NCBI GenBank assembly: GCA_038143065.1 | Contig: JAYQLI010000035.1 | Coordinates: 1,856,894 to 1,920,893, forward strand | Direction: 5' to 3' | DNA length: 64,000 nt | Source: Rhodospirillales bacterium | GTDB lineage: Bacteria; Pseudomonadota; Alphaproteobacteria; Bin95 | Shown here: positions 42,997-53,518 of the stretch, piece by piece | How positions within the stretch are numbered: position 1 is the stretch's first letter | Layout of the letters: each line of letters opens with the position of its first letter | Position numbers and translations under genes: made by a program | The notes under the pieces: model-generated | What the model was told of the DNA's origin: nothing | The model's database searches: none | What the model saw: the letters and a program-made list of their open reading frames with translations, nothing else

Positions 42997-43782
42997 TCAA
43001 AGCCTTAATAACCGGCCATAACCTAAAATTTTATCATTGACCCCTGAAAGACGCAGGCAATTCCACAAGCTTGCTTGATTGGCTGTAACTACCGGAAGGC
43101 CAAGTTTCTCTTCAAGATCTTCAATAATGGAGACAGACCTGAAACCTGTACCACAAACCAAAATTGCGTCTGCATGGCCAAGGTCTGCTTTCACTATTTG
43201 TTGGTAAAGCGCCCCAACATCTTGGGCAAAACCAAGACCCCGGGGATACATTTCGGCCGTTGGGACATCATTCCATTCAGGTCCCGGGTCATGGCGGAGC
43301 CAGCCAGAAGGCTCAACACCCATACCGTTTAGATACGACTGCAAAGCGCCCACAGCTGAATCACCAAACCAGGGTGGGACAACTATAAAAGGATGCGTCA
43401 CAGCCAAATATCGCAGCGCAGACATGATATCACGACCGTTGGTACTAACGATGACATCATTTGCAACAAACGATTGAAGCTCGGAAATAATTGCAGAGTC
43501 CCAACCCGTGCCCCCGACGACGCTGCTAGACGTGTGCGCCGTGGTTATTGCCGACAGGCGCATACCAGCAAAATGTTCCGCTCCCCTAGCTAAATCTTGT
43601 GATAAGGCAACACCCTCTCCTCCAGGCTTCCAATTAGCCCATGGGGTAGGTGCGGATACCCGTGCGGCGTGAACAGAAACCCCTTTTGGCATCATTGCAT
43701 TCCATTCCGCCTCGGGGACAGCTTCCGAACTGACAATAAAAATGCCTATGCGGGCCTTACGACCCCAATTGTCATTTTGCAT
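42997..43782 (-). CDS. Asp/Glu racemase-fold protein (maleate isomerase/arylmalonate decarboxylase-like)
   Basis: WGRKARIG, EWNAMMPKGVSVHAARV, LEEKLGLPVVTANQASLW..LRL, GYGRLL. Confidence 0.82.
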   Translation of the reverse strand: MQNDNWGRKARIGIFIVSSEAVPEAEWNAMMPKGVSVHAARVSAPTPWANWKPGGEGVALSQDLARGAEHFAGMRLSAITTAHTSSSVVGGTGWDSAIISELQSFVANDVIVSTNGRDIMSALRYLAVTHPFIVVPPWFGDSAVGALQSYLNGMGVEPSGWLRHDPGPEWNDVPTAEMYPRGLGFAQDVGALYQQIVKADLGHADAILVCGTGFRSVSIIEDLEEKLGLPVVTANQASLWNCLRLSGVNDKILGYGRLLRL

Positions 43783-44009
43783 CTGAAGACTCAATTCCCA
43801 CAGGAAAATCTCGAAAACAATTAAGACACGATTAATGTCAAAAGAAAGCTCTATGCTTCAGCATGATTACTTTTCGCGGCCTATTGTCAGGAAAGAATTT
43901 TGGCATTTAAGCCTATCTGGCCACGATAGTAGCTGGTTAATGGAAATAATATTTGATCTTCTCGAAGCTAGGAATGATCATACTTGGAATGCTGTAGGAA
44001 GGAAAAAAT

Positions 44010-44951
44010 ATGCGATTTGGTTTCTATCTGCCCACGCGCGGCCCTCAGGCCAACCGAACAGACCTGAAGGCTTTCCTATCTACAGCGGAACAGGCTGGGT
44101 TTAGCTCTGTGATGGTCGCGGACCATATCGTTGTACCGGCTAATATTGAGAGCCCCTATCCCTACACAGTCGGCGGTAATTTTGTCTCCCAAGGCGAGTG
44201 TATGGAGCAATTAACGCTGATGGCTTTCGTTGCCGCAGCTACAGAGAAGCTTCGAATTGTCTCTAGCGTTATGATCGCACCTCACCGAAATCCAATCCTA
44301 ACGGCAAAATCGATAGCAACGACTGATGTTCTGTCTGAAGGCCGAGTCACTGTTGGTATCGGAGTAGGATGGATGGCCGAAGAATTCGAAGCGCTCTCGG
44401 CACCTGACTTTAAGGCCCGAGGGCGCTCTACGGATGAGTTCGTTGATATATGGAAGAAGCTATGGACGGGAGAAGCGGTAAGTTACAACGGCGAATTTTA
44501 TTCGTTTAAAGAAATTTTGTGCCAACCACTCCCAATCCAAAACCCACACCCACCTATTTGGATAGGGGGTCACTCCGGTCCAGCTCTGCGACGTGTTGCT
44601 AAGCTTGGTGATGGATGGCATCCCGTGGGTGCAACGGCAGCATCGCCTTTGCCCCCTTCCGAAATGCAGCAAAAACTTAGACGCCTCCGTGAAGAGACAG
44701 AGGCTAATGGTCGGGACTTCGATAAGCTGACAATATGTTACAAGGCTCCTTTTTACGATGATGGAAAACCACCTGCAGGCGAAGCGCGTCGCCTGTTTAC
44801 CGGCGGTGTTGAAGCAGCGCTCGATGACATTGCTGAGATGGAAGATACAGGCGTGCATGAATTAGTTTTTGATTTTCGCGGGGCCGACATCCAAGACAGC
44901 CTAAAAGCCATGTCAAATTTTTCACAAACTATTATGGCAAAGCTCAAATAA
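44010..44951 (+). CDS. LLM-class probable F420-dependent oxidoreductase (Rv2161c/TIGR03619-like)
   Basis: MRFG, VADHIVVP..YPY, DVLSEGR..GIGVGWMAEEF, PPIWIGG..ALRRVAKLGDGWHP. Confidence 0.85.
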   Translation: MRFGFYLPTRGPQANRTDLKAFLSTAEQAGFSSVMVADHIVVPANIESPYPYTVGGNFVSQGECMEQLTLMAFVAAATEKLRIVSSVMIAPHRNPILTAKSIATTDVLSEGRVTVGIGVGWMAEEFEALSAPDFKARGRSTDEFVDIWKKLWTGEAVSYNGEFYSFKEILCQPLPIQNPHPPIWIGGHSGPALRRVAKLGDGWHPVGATAASPLPPSEMQQKLRRLREETEANGRDFDKLTICYKAPFYDDGKPPAGEARRLFTGGVEAALDDIAEMEDTGVHELVFDFRGADIQDSLKAMSNFSQTIMAKLK

Positions 44952-45029
44952 AGGATTGGACCGCGACACTTATAAGCCGTGGTATCTAATCATTAGTAGC
45001 CTCGAATTTCAGTTAAGAAAGGAAGCGGC

Positions 45030-45323
45030 ATGGGTGAAAAGATTGATCCGTCAGCCCTGAAAGAAGCACTAGCAAGATTAAATGGATGGAACGTTGTAGA
45101 TGGTCGAGAAGCCATTCAGCGCACGTTTAGATTCAAAGACTTCAATAATGCATTCGGCTTCATGACAAAAAGTGCTTTGATGGCAGAGAAAATGGACCAC
45201 CATCCTGAGTGGTTTAACGTCTACAACCAGGTAGATGTAACCCTGACAACCCACTCTGCTGGTGGCATTACAGATCTTGATATCCGTCTAGCCAGTTTCA
45301 TGAACCAGCTTGCCACGGAGTGA
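45030..45323 (+). CDS. phhB: Pterin-4-alpha-carbinolamine dehydratase
   Basis: [29 protein letters not shown]. Confidence 0.92.
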   Translation: MGEKIDPSALKEALARLNGWNVVDGREAIQRTFRFKDFNNAFGFMTKSALMAEKMDHHPEWFNVYNQVDVTLTTHSAGGITDLDIRLASFMNQLATE

Positions 45324-45400
45324 CGAACCTGCACATAGCCTCAATTTAATGATTGCGCTATTTATCTAAAAAATTCGACACGCTTAGTAAGGATTACGCC

Positions 45401-45838
45401 ATGAGCTCGGCGGGCGGTTATTTCATTGAAGACCTGAAAGTTGGTCAGCAAGAGCGCTTTGCGAAGACTGTCACTGACGCTGACATAACGCTTTATTCCG
45501 GAGTTTCTGGCGATACAAATCCAGTCCATTTGGATGAAGAGTATGCGTCTACAACAATTTTCAAAACGCGTATTGCACACGGCATGCTTACCGCGTCGTT
45601 CATTTCCGCCGTTTTAGGAGCGCGTATGCCCGGGCCTGGGGCAATATATTTGGCACAAAACCTGCGTTTCAAAGCACCTGTGCGCCCAGGCGATACCGTT
45701 ACTGCAGTATGCGAAATAAAATCAATCGACCTTGAGAAAAGACGAGTTACGCTGTCTACTCAATGTCTAGTAAAGGGAAAGATTGTGGTCGATGGTGAGG
45801 CAACGGTAATGCCTCCTTCCCGTTCACAAAAGGACTAG
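45401..45838 (+). CDS. (R)-specific enoyl-CoA hydratase, MaoC/PhaJ type
   Basis: SGDTNPVHLD, RIAHGML, PGPGAIY, FKAPVRPGD. Confidence 0.88.
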   Translation: MSSAGGYFIEDLKVGQQERFAKTVTDADITLYSGVSGDTNPVHLDEEYASTTIFKTRIAHGMLTASFISAVLGARMPGPGAIYLAQNLRFKAPVRPGDTVTAVCEIKSIDLEKRRVTLSTQCLVKGKIVVDGEATVMPPSRSQKD

Positions 45839-45851
45839 GCTTCAGATAATC

Positions 45852-46789
45852 ATGATCCAGGTCTTCCATGATCTCACGCAAGTGATTGCTGCCTACCGCG
45901 GAGGTGCCATCGCGATTGGTAATTTTGATGGCGTGCACAAAGGACATACCGCAGTAATCCAAGCTGCAGCTGCAGCTGCCAGAGGACGCGGCGTTAACCT
46001 TGGGGTGCTCACGTTTGAACCACATCCACGATCTGTACTTGCTCGCAATGATTCGCCCTTTCGACTGACTGACTGGCGGGGAAAGGCGCGGGGGCTTGAA
46101 AAATTAGGTGTTGACTTCATGGCCATCTGCAAATTTGACATGGATTTGGCGGCACTTACCGCTGAAGACTTCGTTCAGAACGTGCTTGTAGAGGGACTTG
46201 GTGTTTGCCATGTCGCAGTGGGCGAGGACTTCCAGTTTGGAAAGGACCGAGCCGGCAATACAGGTTTCCTCCTCGAGGCAGGAAAGCGTTATGATTTCGA
46301 TGTTACATCCGTACCGGCAATGGCTGGTTCAGATGGAATAGTCTTCTCATCCTCAGCCGTGCGAGCAGCACTAGGGAAAGGCGATGTGATCCGCGCCAAT
46401 GAACTTCTTGGCAGGCCCTGGGAAATTGAGGGTGTTGTGACTCATGGCGATAAAAGAGGCCGCACCATAGGCTTCCCAACCATGAATATCTATCTAGGGG
46501 ATCTGACCCGCCCCGCACTGGGTGTTTACGTAGTCGAAGCAAAATTTGAAGATGGAGAACGCTGGATAGGGGTGTTGCTAACCTGGGTCTGCGACCAACA
46601 GTTGGTGGTGAAGACGAACGGTTAGAGGTTCATCTATTTGACTTCGACAAAGATGTGTACGACAAGCCAGCGCGCATTAGATTTTTAAATTTCGTTCGTC
46701 CGGAGAAGAAGTTTAAAAGTTTTGAAGCGCTGAAAGAACAAATCGTCCAAGATGCCATTGTGGCTAGGGCGTATCTAGAAACCCATTGA
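45852..46789 (+). CDS. ribF: Bifunctional riboflavin kinase/FAD synthetase; frameshift near 46570
   Basis: GNFDGVHKGH, TFEPHP, GFPTMN; the shifted frame continues ANLGLRPTV..LEVHLFDF..RPEKKF to TGA at 46789. Confidence 0.92.
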
Positions 46790-46814
46790 GCAAACTCACC
46801 ACGGATATCGTCCG

Positions 46815-49679
46815 ATGAGCGATGACTATCGCAATACAATTTTTTTACCGAAGACAGATTTCCCGATGCGCGGCGGACTGCCGAAGAGGGAACCAGAGAT
46901 CCTAGCTCGCTGGGAGAAAATAGACCTCTACAAGCAACTGCGGCAGGATTCCCAAGGAAGAAAAAAATATATTCTTCACGATGGGCCTCCGTATGCAAAT
47001 GGACACCTGCACATCGGCCATGCACTTAATAAAATTCTTAAAGATGTCATTAACCGTTCTTGGCAGATGTCAGGGTTTGACGCCAACTATGTGCCGGGCT
47101 GGGACTGTCACGGCTTACCAATCGAGTGGAAGGTCGAAGAGGGTTACAGAGAGCAAGGCAAAGATAAAGATGACGTGCCTGTCCTCGAATTTCGACGAGA
47201 ATGCAGAGAATTCGCAGAACATTGGGTCGGCGTGCAAAGTACAGAGTTTAAGCGCCTGGGTGTTATTGGTGATTGGAATGACCCATACCTGACGATGAAA
47301 TTTCCTGCTGAAGCAAGAATTGCAGGAGAGATAGCCCAATTTGCGATGAACGGCGGTCTGTATCGCGGCCAGCGACCAGTAATGTGGTCATGTGTAGAAA
47401 AAACCGCGCTGGCGGACGCTGAAGTAGAATATGAGGACCATGTATCTCCTACCGTGCATATTGGATTCCCGGTCACATCCGTCGGGCCAGAAAGTTGCGT
47501 TGAAAAGGGTGACCTGATTGTAATTTGGACGACAACACCATGGACACTACCTTCTAACCGCGCGATCGCTGCAGCCGCAGACGAGGTATATGTTCGCCTT
47601 CGTGTTGATAGCACTCAAGATGAAAGCTTTATCAAAAGCGGCCAAATTATTGTTTTGGGTAAAGGTCTTCTTGATGTAGCCGCCAAAGCAATGCGGATTG
47701 AGGAGTACACAGCTCTTCAAGAAATGACTGGCTCAGACCTTTTAGGAACTATCTGCAGTCATCCATTAGCCGGCCAGGGTTACGACGTACCATCGCCACT
47801 TCTCAACGCTGATTTTGTGACTATGGATGCTGGTACAGGCTTCGTCCACATTGCGCCTGGCCATGGAGCTGACGACTTTTACCTAGGTCGTGAACACAAT
47901 CTTGAAGTCACAGATTATGTTGGTCCTGACGGTACATACCGTGATTTTGTACCATTATTTGCTGGAAAGCGCGTTCTGAATACCGACGGATCAGAAGGTG
48001 ATGCCAACATTGCTGTTATCAACGCGATGCAGGCAGTTGCAGAAAGCGGTAAGGGAGGACTGTTGGGAAGAGGACGCCTTAAGCATAGCTATCCTCATTC
48101 TTGGCGCTCCAAAGCACCACTTATTTTCAGAAATACTGCACAATGGTTCATTTCTATGGAAACGAACGATTTGCGTAGTAAAGCTCTTTCCGCAATTGAC
48201 GCTACACGTTTCGTGCCAAGTCAAGGGCGCAATCGCCTTTATTCTATGGTGGAGCAAAGACCTGATTGGTGCATATCACGTCAAAGGGCCTGGGGTGTTC
48301 CGATCCCATTATTCGTCCATATCGAAACGGGCGAAATTCTAAAGGATCAAGCCGTCTTTGACCGCATTGTAGATGCATTCAAAACAGAGGGGGGCGATGC
48401 TTGGTTCTCTTCTCCTCCTGAGCGCTTCTTGGGTGGCAAATATAACGTGGATAAGTATGAACAGGTCCAGGATATCGTGGAAGTATGGTTCGAATCAGGA
48501 TCGACGCATGCTTTCTTGCTGGAAGACCGCGAAGATCTCCGTTGGCCTGCCGATCTTTACCTTGAGGGATCAGATCAACATCGCGGATGGTTTCATTCAT
48601 CCCTCCTGGAAAGCTCAGGTACTCGTGGGCGAGCACCATATAATGCAGTGCTCACTCATGGATTTGTGCTAGATGAACAAGGCCGGAAGATGTCCAAATC
48701 TCTGGGCAATGTAACATCGCCAACTGATGTCATGAACCAATATGGCGCGGACATTCTTAGAATTTGGGTGGTGTCATCCAACTATGCAGATGACCTTAGA
48801 ATTGGCCAAGAAATCCTAAAGTATCAGGCGGACCTTTACCGTCGAGTTAGAAATACTCTGCGCTATCTATTAGGGGGCCTTGAAGGTTTCTCTGAAAAAG
48901 AGCGGGTAGATCCTGCGCAAATGCCAGAACTTGAGCGCTGGACCCTTCATCGCCTTTACGAAATGGATAGTCTCGTCCGCAAAGCAATCAATGATTATGA
49001 TTACCATGGACTTTGGACAGCGCTGCATAATTTCTGCTCCCTTGATCTATCGGCGTTCTACTTTGATATCCGGAAAGACACCCTTTATTGCGAGTCTGCA
49101 GACAGTGTGGTGCGACGTTCAAATCGAACAGTAATGAATGCAATATTTCAGCGTCTTACAACTTGGCTCGCCCCTATAACCTGCTTCACTGCTGAGGAAG
49201 CATGGCTTTCTAGGTATGGCGATGGAGAAGGCGTATCAGTTCACCGAGAGACTTTTCCTGAAACCCCGGAAAGTTGGCGGGACGAAAAGCTATCTAAACG
49301 CTGGGAAAAAATTCGCGAAATTCGCAGGGTAGTCACAGGTGCTCTCGAAAAAGAACGAGCAGAAAAGCATATTCGTTCAAGCTTGGAGGCCTCACCAACT
49401 GTTTGGCTCTCAGAGGACCGGCTCGCCGACCTTGATGGTGTAGATTTTGCGGAAGTAACAATCGCATCATCCATAAATCTGAAGATTGGGGATGGCCCAA
49501 TCAATGCTTTCCGTGTTCCTGAAGTAGCTGGAGTGGCAGTTGAGCCAACGCGAACAACAGATGAAAAGTGCGATCGATGCTGGCGACACCTTCCAAATGT
49601 AGGAAGCAACCCAGAGCACCCAGATTTATGTGGACGTTGCGCTGACGCGGTCAATAGCTTTAGCCAAATCGCAAAATGA
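46815..49679 (+). CDS. ileS: Isoleucine--tRNA ligase
   Basis: HIGH, GWDCHGLP, KMSKS, C-terminal CDRCW..LCGRC zinc finger. Confidence 0.98.
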   Translation: MSDDYRNTIFLPKTDFPMRGGLPKREPEILARWEKIDLYKQLRQDSQGRKKYILHDGPPYANGHLHIGHALNKILKDVINRSWQMSGFDANYVPGWDCHGLPIEWKVEEGYREQGKDKDDVPVLEFRRECREFAEHWVGVQSTEFKRLGVIGDWNDPYLTMKFPAEARIAGEIAQFAMNGGLYRGQRPVMWSCVEKTALADAEVEYEDHVSPTVHIGFPVTSVGPESCVEKGDLIVIWTTTPWTLPSNRAIAAAADEVYVRLRVDSTQDESFIKSGQIIVLGKGLLDVAAKAMRIEEYTALQEMTGSDLLGTICSHPLAGQGYDVPSPLLNADFVTMDAGTGFVHIAPGHGADDFYLGREHNLEVTDYVGPDGTYRDFVPLFAGKRVLNTDGSEGDANIAVINAMQAVAESGKGGLLGRGRLKHSYPHSWRSKAPLIFRNTAQWFISMETNDLRSKALSAIDATRFVPSQGRNRLYSMVEQRPDWCISRQRAWGVPIPLFVHIETGEILKDQAVFDRIVDAFKTEGGDAWFSSPPERFLGGKYNVDKYEQVQDIVEVWFESGSTHAFLLEDREDLRWPADLYLEGSDQHRGWFHSSLLESSGTRGRAPYNAVLTHGFVLDEQGRKMSKSLGNVTSPTDVMNQYGADILRIWVVSSNYADDLRIGQEILKYQADLYRRVRNTLRYLLGGLEGFSEKERVDPAQMPELERWTLHRLYEMDSLVRKAINDYDYHGLWTALHNFCSLDLSAFYFDIRKDTLYCESADSVVRRSNRTVMNAIFQRLTTWLAPITCFTAEEAWLSRYGDGEGVSVHRETFPETPESWRDEKLSKRWEKIREIRRVVTGALEKERAEKHIRSSLEASPTVWLSEDRLADLDGVDFAEVTIASSINLKIGDGPINAFRVPEVAGVAVEPTRTTDEKCDRCWRHLPNVGSNPEHPDLCGRCADAVNSFSQIAK

Positions 49680-50149
49680 ACATAATCCAGCGCTCTGGCC
49701 TTCTGGTAATTGGGGCAACAATTGTGCTGGATCAAGTAACCAAATACTGGGCGCTGGAGCAGCTTACCCCACCGAATATGATCAATGTTTTTCCATTTAT
49801 GGACTTTATACTCGCTTGGAATGAAGGAATTAGTTTTGGGTTTTTAGGTGGCGGTGTGGTTCCACCTAGTGCGTTTATTTTGATTGCGGTGTTAATTTCG
49901 GCTTTCCTGGTGTGGCAACTCTGGAATTCCACGTCACTGTTAGTCGGTCTAGCCTTTGGCCTTATCATAGGTGGCGCAATTGGAAACGTGATTGATAGAG
50001 CTATCTATGGAGCTGTAATCGATTTTATTTTATTAAGCTGGAAATCGTGGACCTGGCCGGTTTTTAACGTTGCGGATACAGCAATTACTTGTGGTGTTGT
50101 CTTAATCCTCATCGATTCCTTGTGGCCAGATCGACGTTCGACTAAGTAA
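49676..50149 (+). CDS. lspA: Lipoprotein signal peptidase II
   Basis: DQVTK, NEGISFG, GAIGNVIDR, VIDF, FNVAD. Confidence 0.96.
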   Translation: MNIIQRSGLLVIGATIVLDQVTKYWALEQLTPPNMINVFPFMDFILAWNEGISFGFLGGGVVPPSAFILIAVLISAFLVWQLWNSTSLLVGLAFGLIIGGAIGNVIDRAIYGAVIDFILLSWKSWTWPVFNVADTAITCGVVLILIDSLWPDRRSTK

Positions 50150-50181
50150 GTAATATCATATCTCTAAAGGTAGGGCCCGGT

Positions 50182-50832
50182 ATGCAAAACGTATTACGCG
50201 TTTTCTCCGTCACTGTTTTGGTAGCTATGACTGCAGGTTGCGGTAGCGTTAAAGATGAGTTGGGGCTTGAAAAGAAAGCACCCGATGAATTCACCGTCGT
50301 GCGAAACGCACCGCTAAGCTTGCCGCCTAACTATAATCTCAGGCCACCCAAGCCAGGAGAGAACGGGGCAGGACAGCAGGAACAGCGCGAAAAGGCTCGG
50401 ACTCTCCTAACTGGCCGACAAAACACGTTAAAAGCCAAACAAGATAAGTCATCTACCCAATCGAAGGCAGACTTCACATTTCTTGCTGGCCGATCTGATA
50501 ATCAAATAGGAGAAATAAAGGAGTATAGCTCAGCCAAAGACGACCAAGGCGAGCAGGCGCTTCTATCACATTTAGATGCAACGAATGCTGATCCAAAGAT
50601 CCGACAAAAGGTGGATCAAGAAGCAAATATACTCGCCTCTGACGATCGCGGCTTTGCAGAAAAGCTTATGTTTTGGCGTAAACAGGACACTCCTGGCTCC
50701 ATAGTTGATGCTGAAGGAGAGGCTAAGCGCCTTAAAGAGAATACCGCATCAGGCAAACCACCTACTGATGGCGAAACTCCTGTAATACGCATTGAAAGAT
50801 CCTCTTCATCAGGAGGAATAAGACTCTTCTGA
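50182..50832 (+). CDS. DUF3035 family lipoprotein
   Basis: Lipobox TAGC; APDEFTVVRNAPLSLPP..LRPP; conserved position after lspA. Confidence 0.82.
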   Translation: MQNVLRVFSVTVLVAMTAGCGSVKDELGLEKKAPDEFTVVRNAPLSLPPNYNLRPPKPGENGAGQQEQREKARTLLTGRQNTLKAKQDKSSTQSKADFTFLAGRSDNQIGEIKEYSSAKDDQGEQALLSHLDATNADPKIRQKVDQEANILASDDRGFAEKLMFWRKQDTPGSIVDAEGEAKRLKENTASGKPPTDGETPVIRIERSSSSGGIRLF

Positions 50833-52178
50833 TGGGAATTCCATCCAATCGAGTCGCGATTTTTGCGTTAACTCTCTTTTTCGCAATAAGCACCGCATGT
50901 TTTGCATTTGCCGAGGTGTTTAAGCCAACTCGTTTCGTTTTAGAAAATGGTCTTGAGTTGGTTGTGATTGAGGACCATCGCCGACCAGTAGTTGCCCACT
51001 TTATTTTTTATCGCGTTGGCTCAATGGATGAAGACCCCGGCAAGACTGGCCTTGCCCACTTTCTTGAGCACCTCATGTTCAAAGGAACTGCCAGTATAGA
51101 AGCTGGGGCCTTTTCCAGCCTTGTCACGAAATATGGCGGCCGTGATAACGCTTTTACCTCCAAAGATCACACTGCTTATTTCCAGGTGGTTTCCTCTGAC
51201 AAGCTTGGGGAGATGATGGAAATGGAAGCGGATCGCATGACTAACCTGAGCTTTGACGATGTAATCGCACGCTCAGAACTTGCAGTAGTCTTAGAAGAGC
51301 GTCTATCCCGAGTTGAAAATCGGCCCGCTGGCATCCTTTATGAAACTCTAAATGCTGCCCTGTACCTGAGCCACCCTTATCGACGGCCAGTTATTGGCTG
51401 GAAACCAGAGGTTTCTGCTTTGACTAGGGCAGATGCCATGAAATTTTATCGGACTTGGTATAAGCCCAATAATGCCATTGTAGTCATATCAGGGAATGTT
51501 CGTCCTGAAGATGCATTAGCTCTTGCAAAGGTGAGTTACGGAAAGATCCCAAGTGGACCTCTGCCATCAAAACAAATTTTTCATGAGCCAGAACACACCT
51601 CACCTCGGCGGGTCATCCATGAAGACACTCGTGTTCGGCAATCATCTCTTCAAAGATTGTACTTAGCGCCAGCCTATAATGGCCAAGCGCGAGAGCCTTA
51701 TGCGCTCGATGTTCTTGCTGAAATCTTAGGCGGAGAAACAGGGACATTCTACAAAGCCCTGGTCATTAAGGCAAAGAAAGCACTGAATGCAACTTTTTGG
51801 TATGATGGGAGTGGCCGCGACTTTGGATCGTCAGGCCTTTATGCTTTACCCTCGCCCGGGTTTAGTCTCGATGCCTTGGAAAAGGAAATCCAAGAAGTTA
51901 TAGAGGATTTATTGCAAAATGGTATTGCAGAGACCGAAGTTGAAGCTGCTAAAAACAGGTTATTAGCCAAAGCCATTTTCGCTAGGGACAGCCTAGAGGG
52001 CCCAGCTCGAATTGTTGGTGACAGCCTTGTCAATGGAAGCACTATTGATGATGTCGAAGCCTGGCCAGAGAGAATACAAGCAGTAACAAAAATGGAGGTC
52101 GATCAAGCTGCAAAATCACTTCTTAGACTAGAGCGCTCTGCAACAGGATGGCTTATTCCTAAAACGGCTTCACCATGA
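50832..52178 (+). CDS. M16 (pitrilysin) family zinc peptidase, catalytic subunit
   Basis: Signal peptide; GLAHFLEHLMFKGT (HxxEH), NAFTS, EER. Confidence 0.92.
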   Translation: MGIPSNRVAIFALTLFFAISTACFAFAEVFKPTRFVLENGLELVVIEDHRRPVVAHFIFYRVGSMDEDPGKTGLAHFLEHLMFKGTASIEAGAFSSLVTKYGGRDNAFTSKDHTAYFQVVSSDKLGEMMEMEADRMTNLSFDDVIARSELAVVLEERLSRVENRPAGILYETLNAALYLSHPYRRPVIGWKPEVSALTRADAMKFYRTWYKPNNAIVVISGNVRPEDALALAKVSYGKIPSGPLPSKQIFHEPEHTSPRRVIHEDTRVRQSSLQRLYLAPAYNGQAREPYALDVLAEILGGETGTFYKALVIKAKKALNATFWYDGSGRDFGSSGLYALPSPGFSLDALEKEIQEVIEDLLQNGIAETEVEAAKNRLLAKAIFARDSLEGPARIVGDSLVNGSTIDDVEAWPERIQAVTKMEVDQAAKSLLRLERSATGWLIPKTASP

Positions 52179-53516
52179 TTATAAATCGTGCTCTAGCAGT
52201 ATTTATTTTACTGTTTTCATTTACCTCAGCGCCTCTCGCAGCTCTTGAGGTAGTTGCTGTTGAGAAAGCCAAGGTTGATGCATGGCTGGCATCAGATTCT
52301 ACCATTCCTGTAGTTTCAATTGCTTTTCGATCAAGGTGGTGCGGCCGCTGACCCATCCGATTTGCAGGGTCGGACGCGCCTTTTAGCGGACCTCTTGACC
52401 GAGGGCGCTGGGGACTTGAATGGCTCCTCCCTCAAGAAACGCTTGGCTGACATTTCCGCCTCAGTCAGCTTCAGTGCCAGTCAAGACGCCATTTCCGGCT
52501 CCCTTTACACTCTCTCAAGAAACGTCAAAGAGGCAGCTGAACTTCTAGGCCTAATACTGACAACGCCTCGGCTAGATACAAGTGATCTTGAACGAGTGCG
52601 CGCTGCTCATCTGGCATCCCTCAAAACCGCTTTAGAAAGCCCTTCCCACCAAGCCTATCGAGCTTTTCTTGGAGCTAGTTTTCAAAGTCACCCTTATGCT
52701 CGCTCAGTTCGAGGTAATATCTCAACACTTGAAAAGATAACTAAGGACGACCTCCTTGCTCTAATGAAGGAGAGGTTTGGCCGCGATCGCTTATTTGTGT
52801 CAGCAGCGGGAGATATCACTCCAATCGACCTAGAAAACGTTATTGATCTCGCTTTTGGTCGTTTACCATTAAATGCTTCCGGCCCAGCTATGGATCCTCA
52901 AACCGTTGTTTGGCCACGAAAACCAGTTCGCTTGGCTGTCAGAATGGAAACACCACAATCCACAATTGTTTTTGGTGGAAGTGGATTGCGCAGAGAGGAT
53001 AAGGATTGGCGCATCGCAACGTTATTGTCAGAAATCATGGGCGGAAGCTTTGGCAGTAGGCTAATGGAACAAGTCCGTGTAAAGCGTGGCCTGGTCTATG
53101 GTATCAATCTTTCGAATACAGAATTGGAATCAGCCGCTTTGCTTTTGGGCTCTACCAGCACTCAGAACAGCACAGTAGAGGAAACTTTAGCTGTGATAGT
53201 GGAAGAGTGGAGGAAGATGTCATTAGATGGACCAACCCAAAAAGAATTCGATGATGCTAAGTCCTACTTTATTGGCTCTTTGCCCCTTGCGCTTGATTCA
53301 ACAACCGCAATTGCCCAGACACTACTCTCGATGCGAGTGAACAATTTACCAAAGAACTATCTAGATCATCGGAATGCTCAGATTGATGCTATAACTCTAC
53401 AAGATGCAAAACGCGTTGCTTCAAAACTATTCGATCCGAGTAATTTAACTTTTTCCATCGCAGGTTCCGCTGAAGGTTTAGATCAGTGGAAAGCCATTTC
53501 AAAATTGGATGATTAA
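52175..53516 (+). CDS. M16 family peptidase, non-catalytic partner; frameshift near 52320
   Basis: ATG 52175 with signal peptide joins ORF 52320..53516; SRLMEQVRVKRGLVY present and HxxEH absent. Confidence 0.83.
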
Positions 53517-53518
53517 GA

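Noticed and set aside
1776-53516. Calling the split genes pseudogenes or programmed frameshifts
   Set aside because: The breaks are single-base, mostly in homopolymers, with no further decay, and include ribF; sequencing error is the simpler explanation
52175-53516. Missing HxxEH in the second M16 peptidase
   Set aside because: Normal for the non-catalytic subunit of bacterial M16B heterodimers
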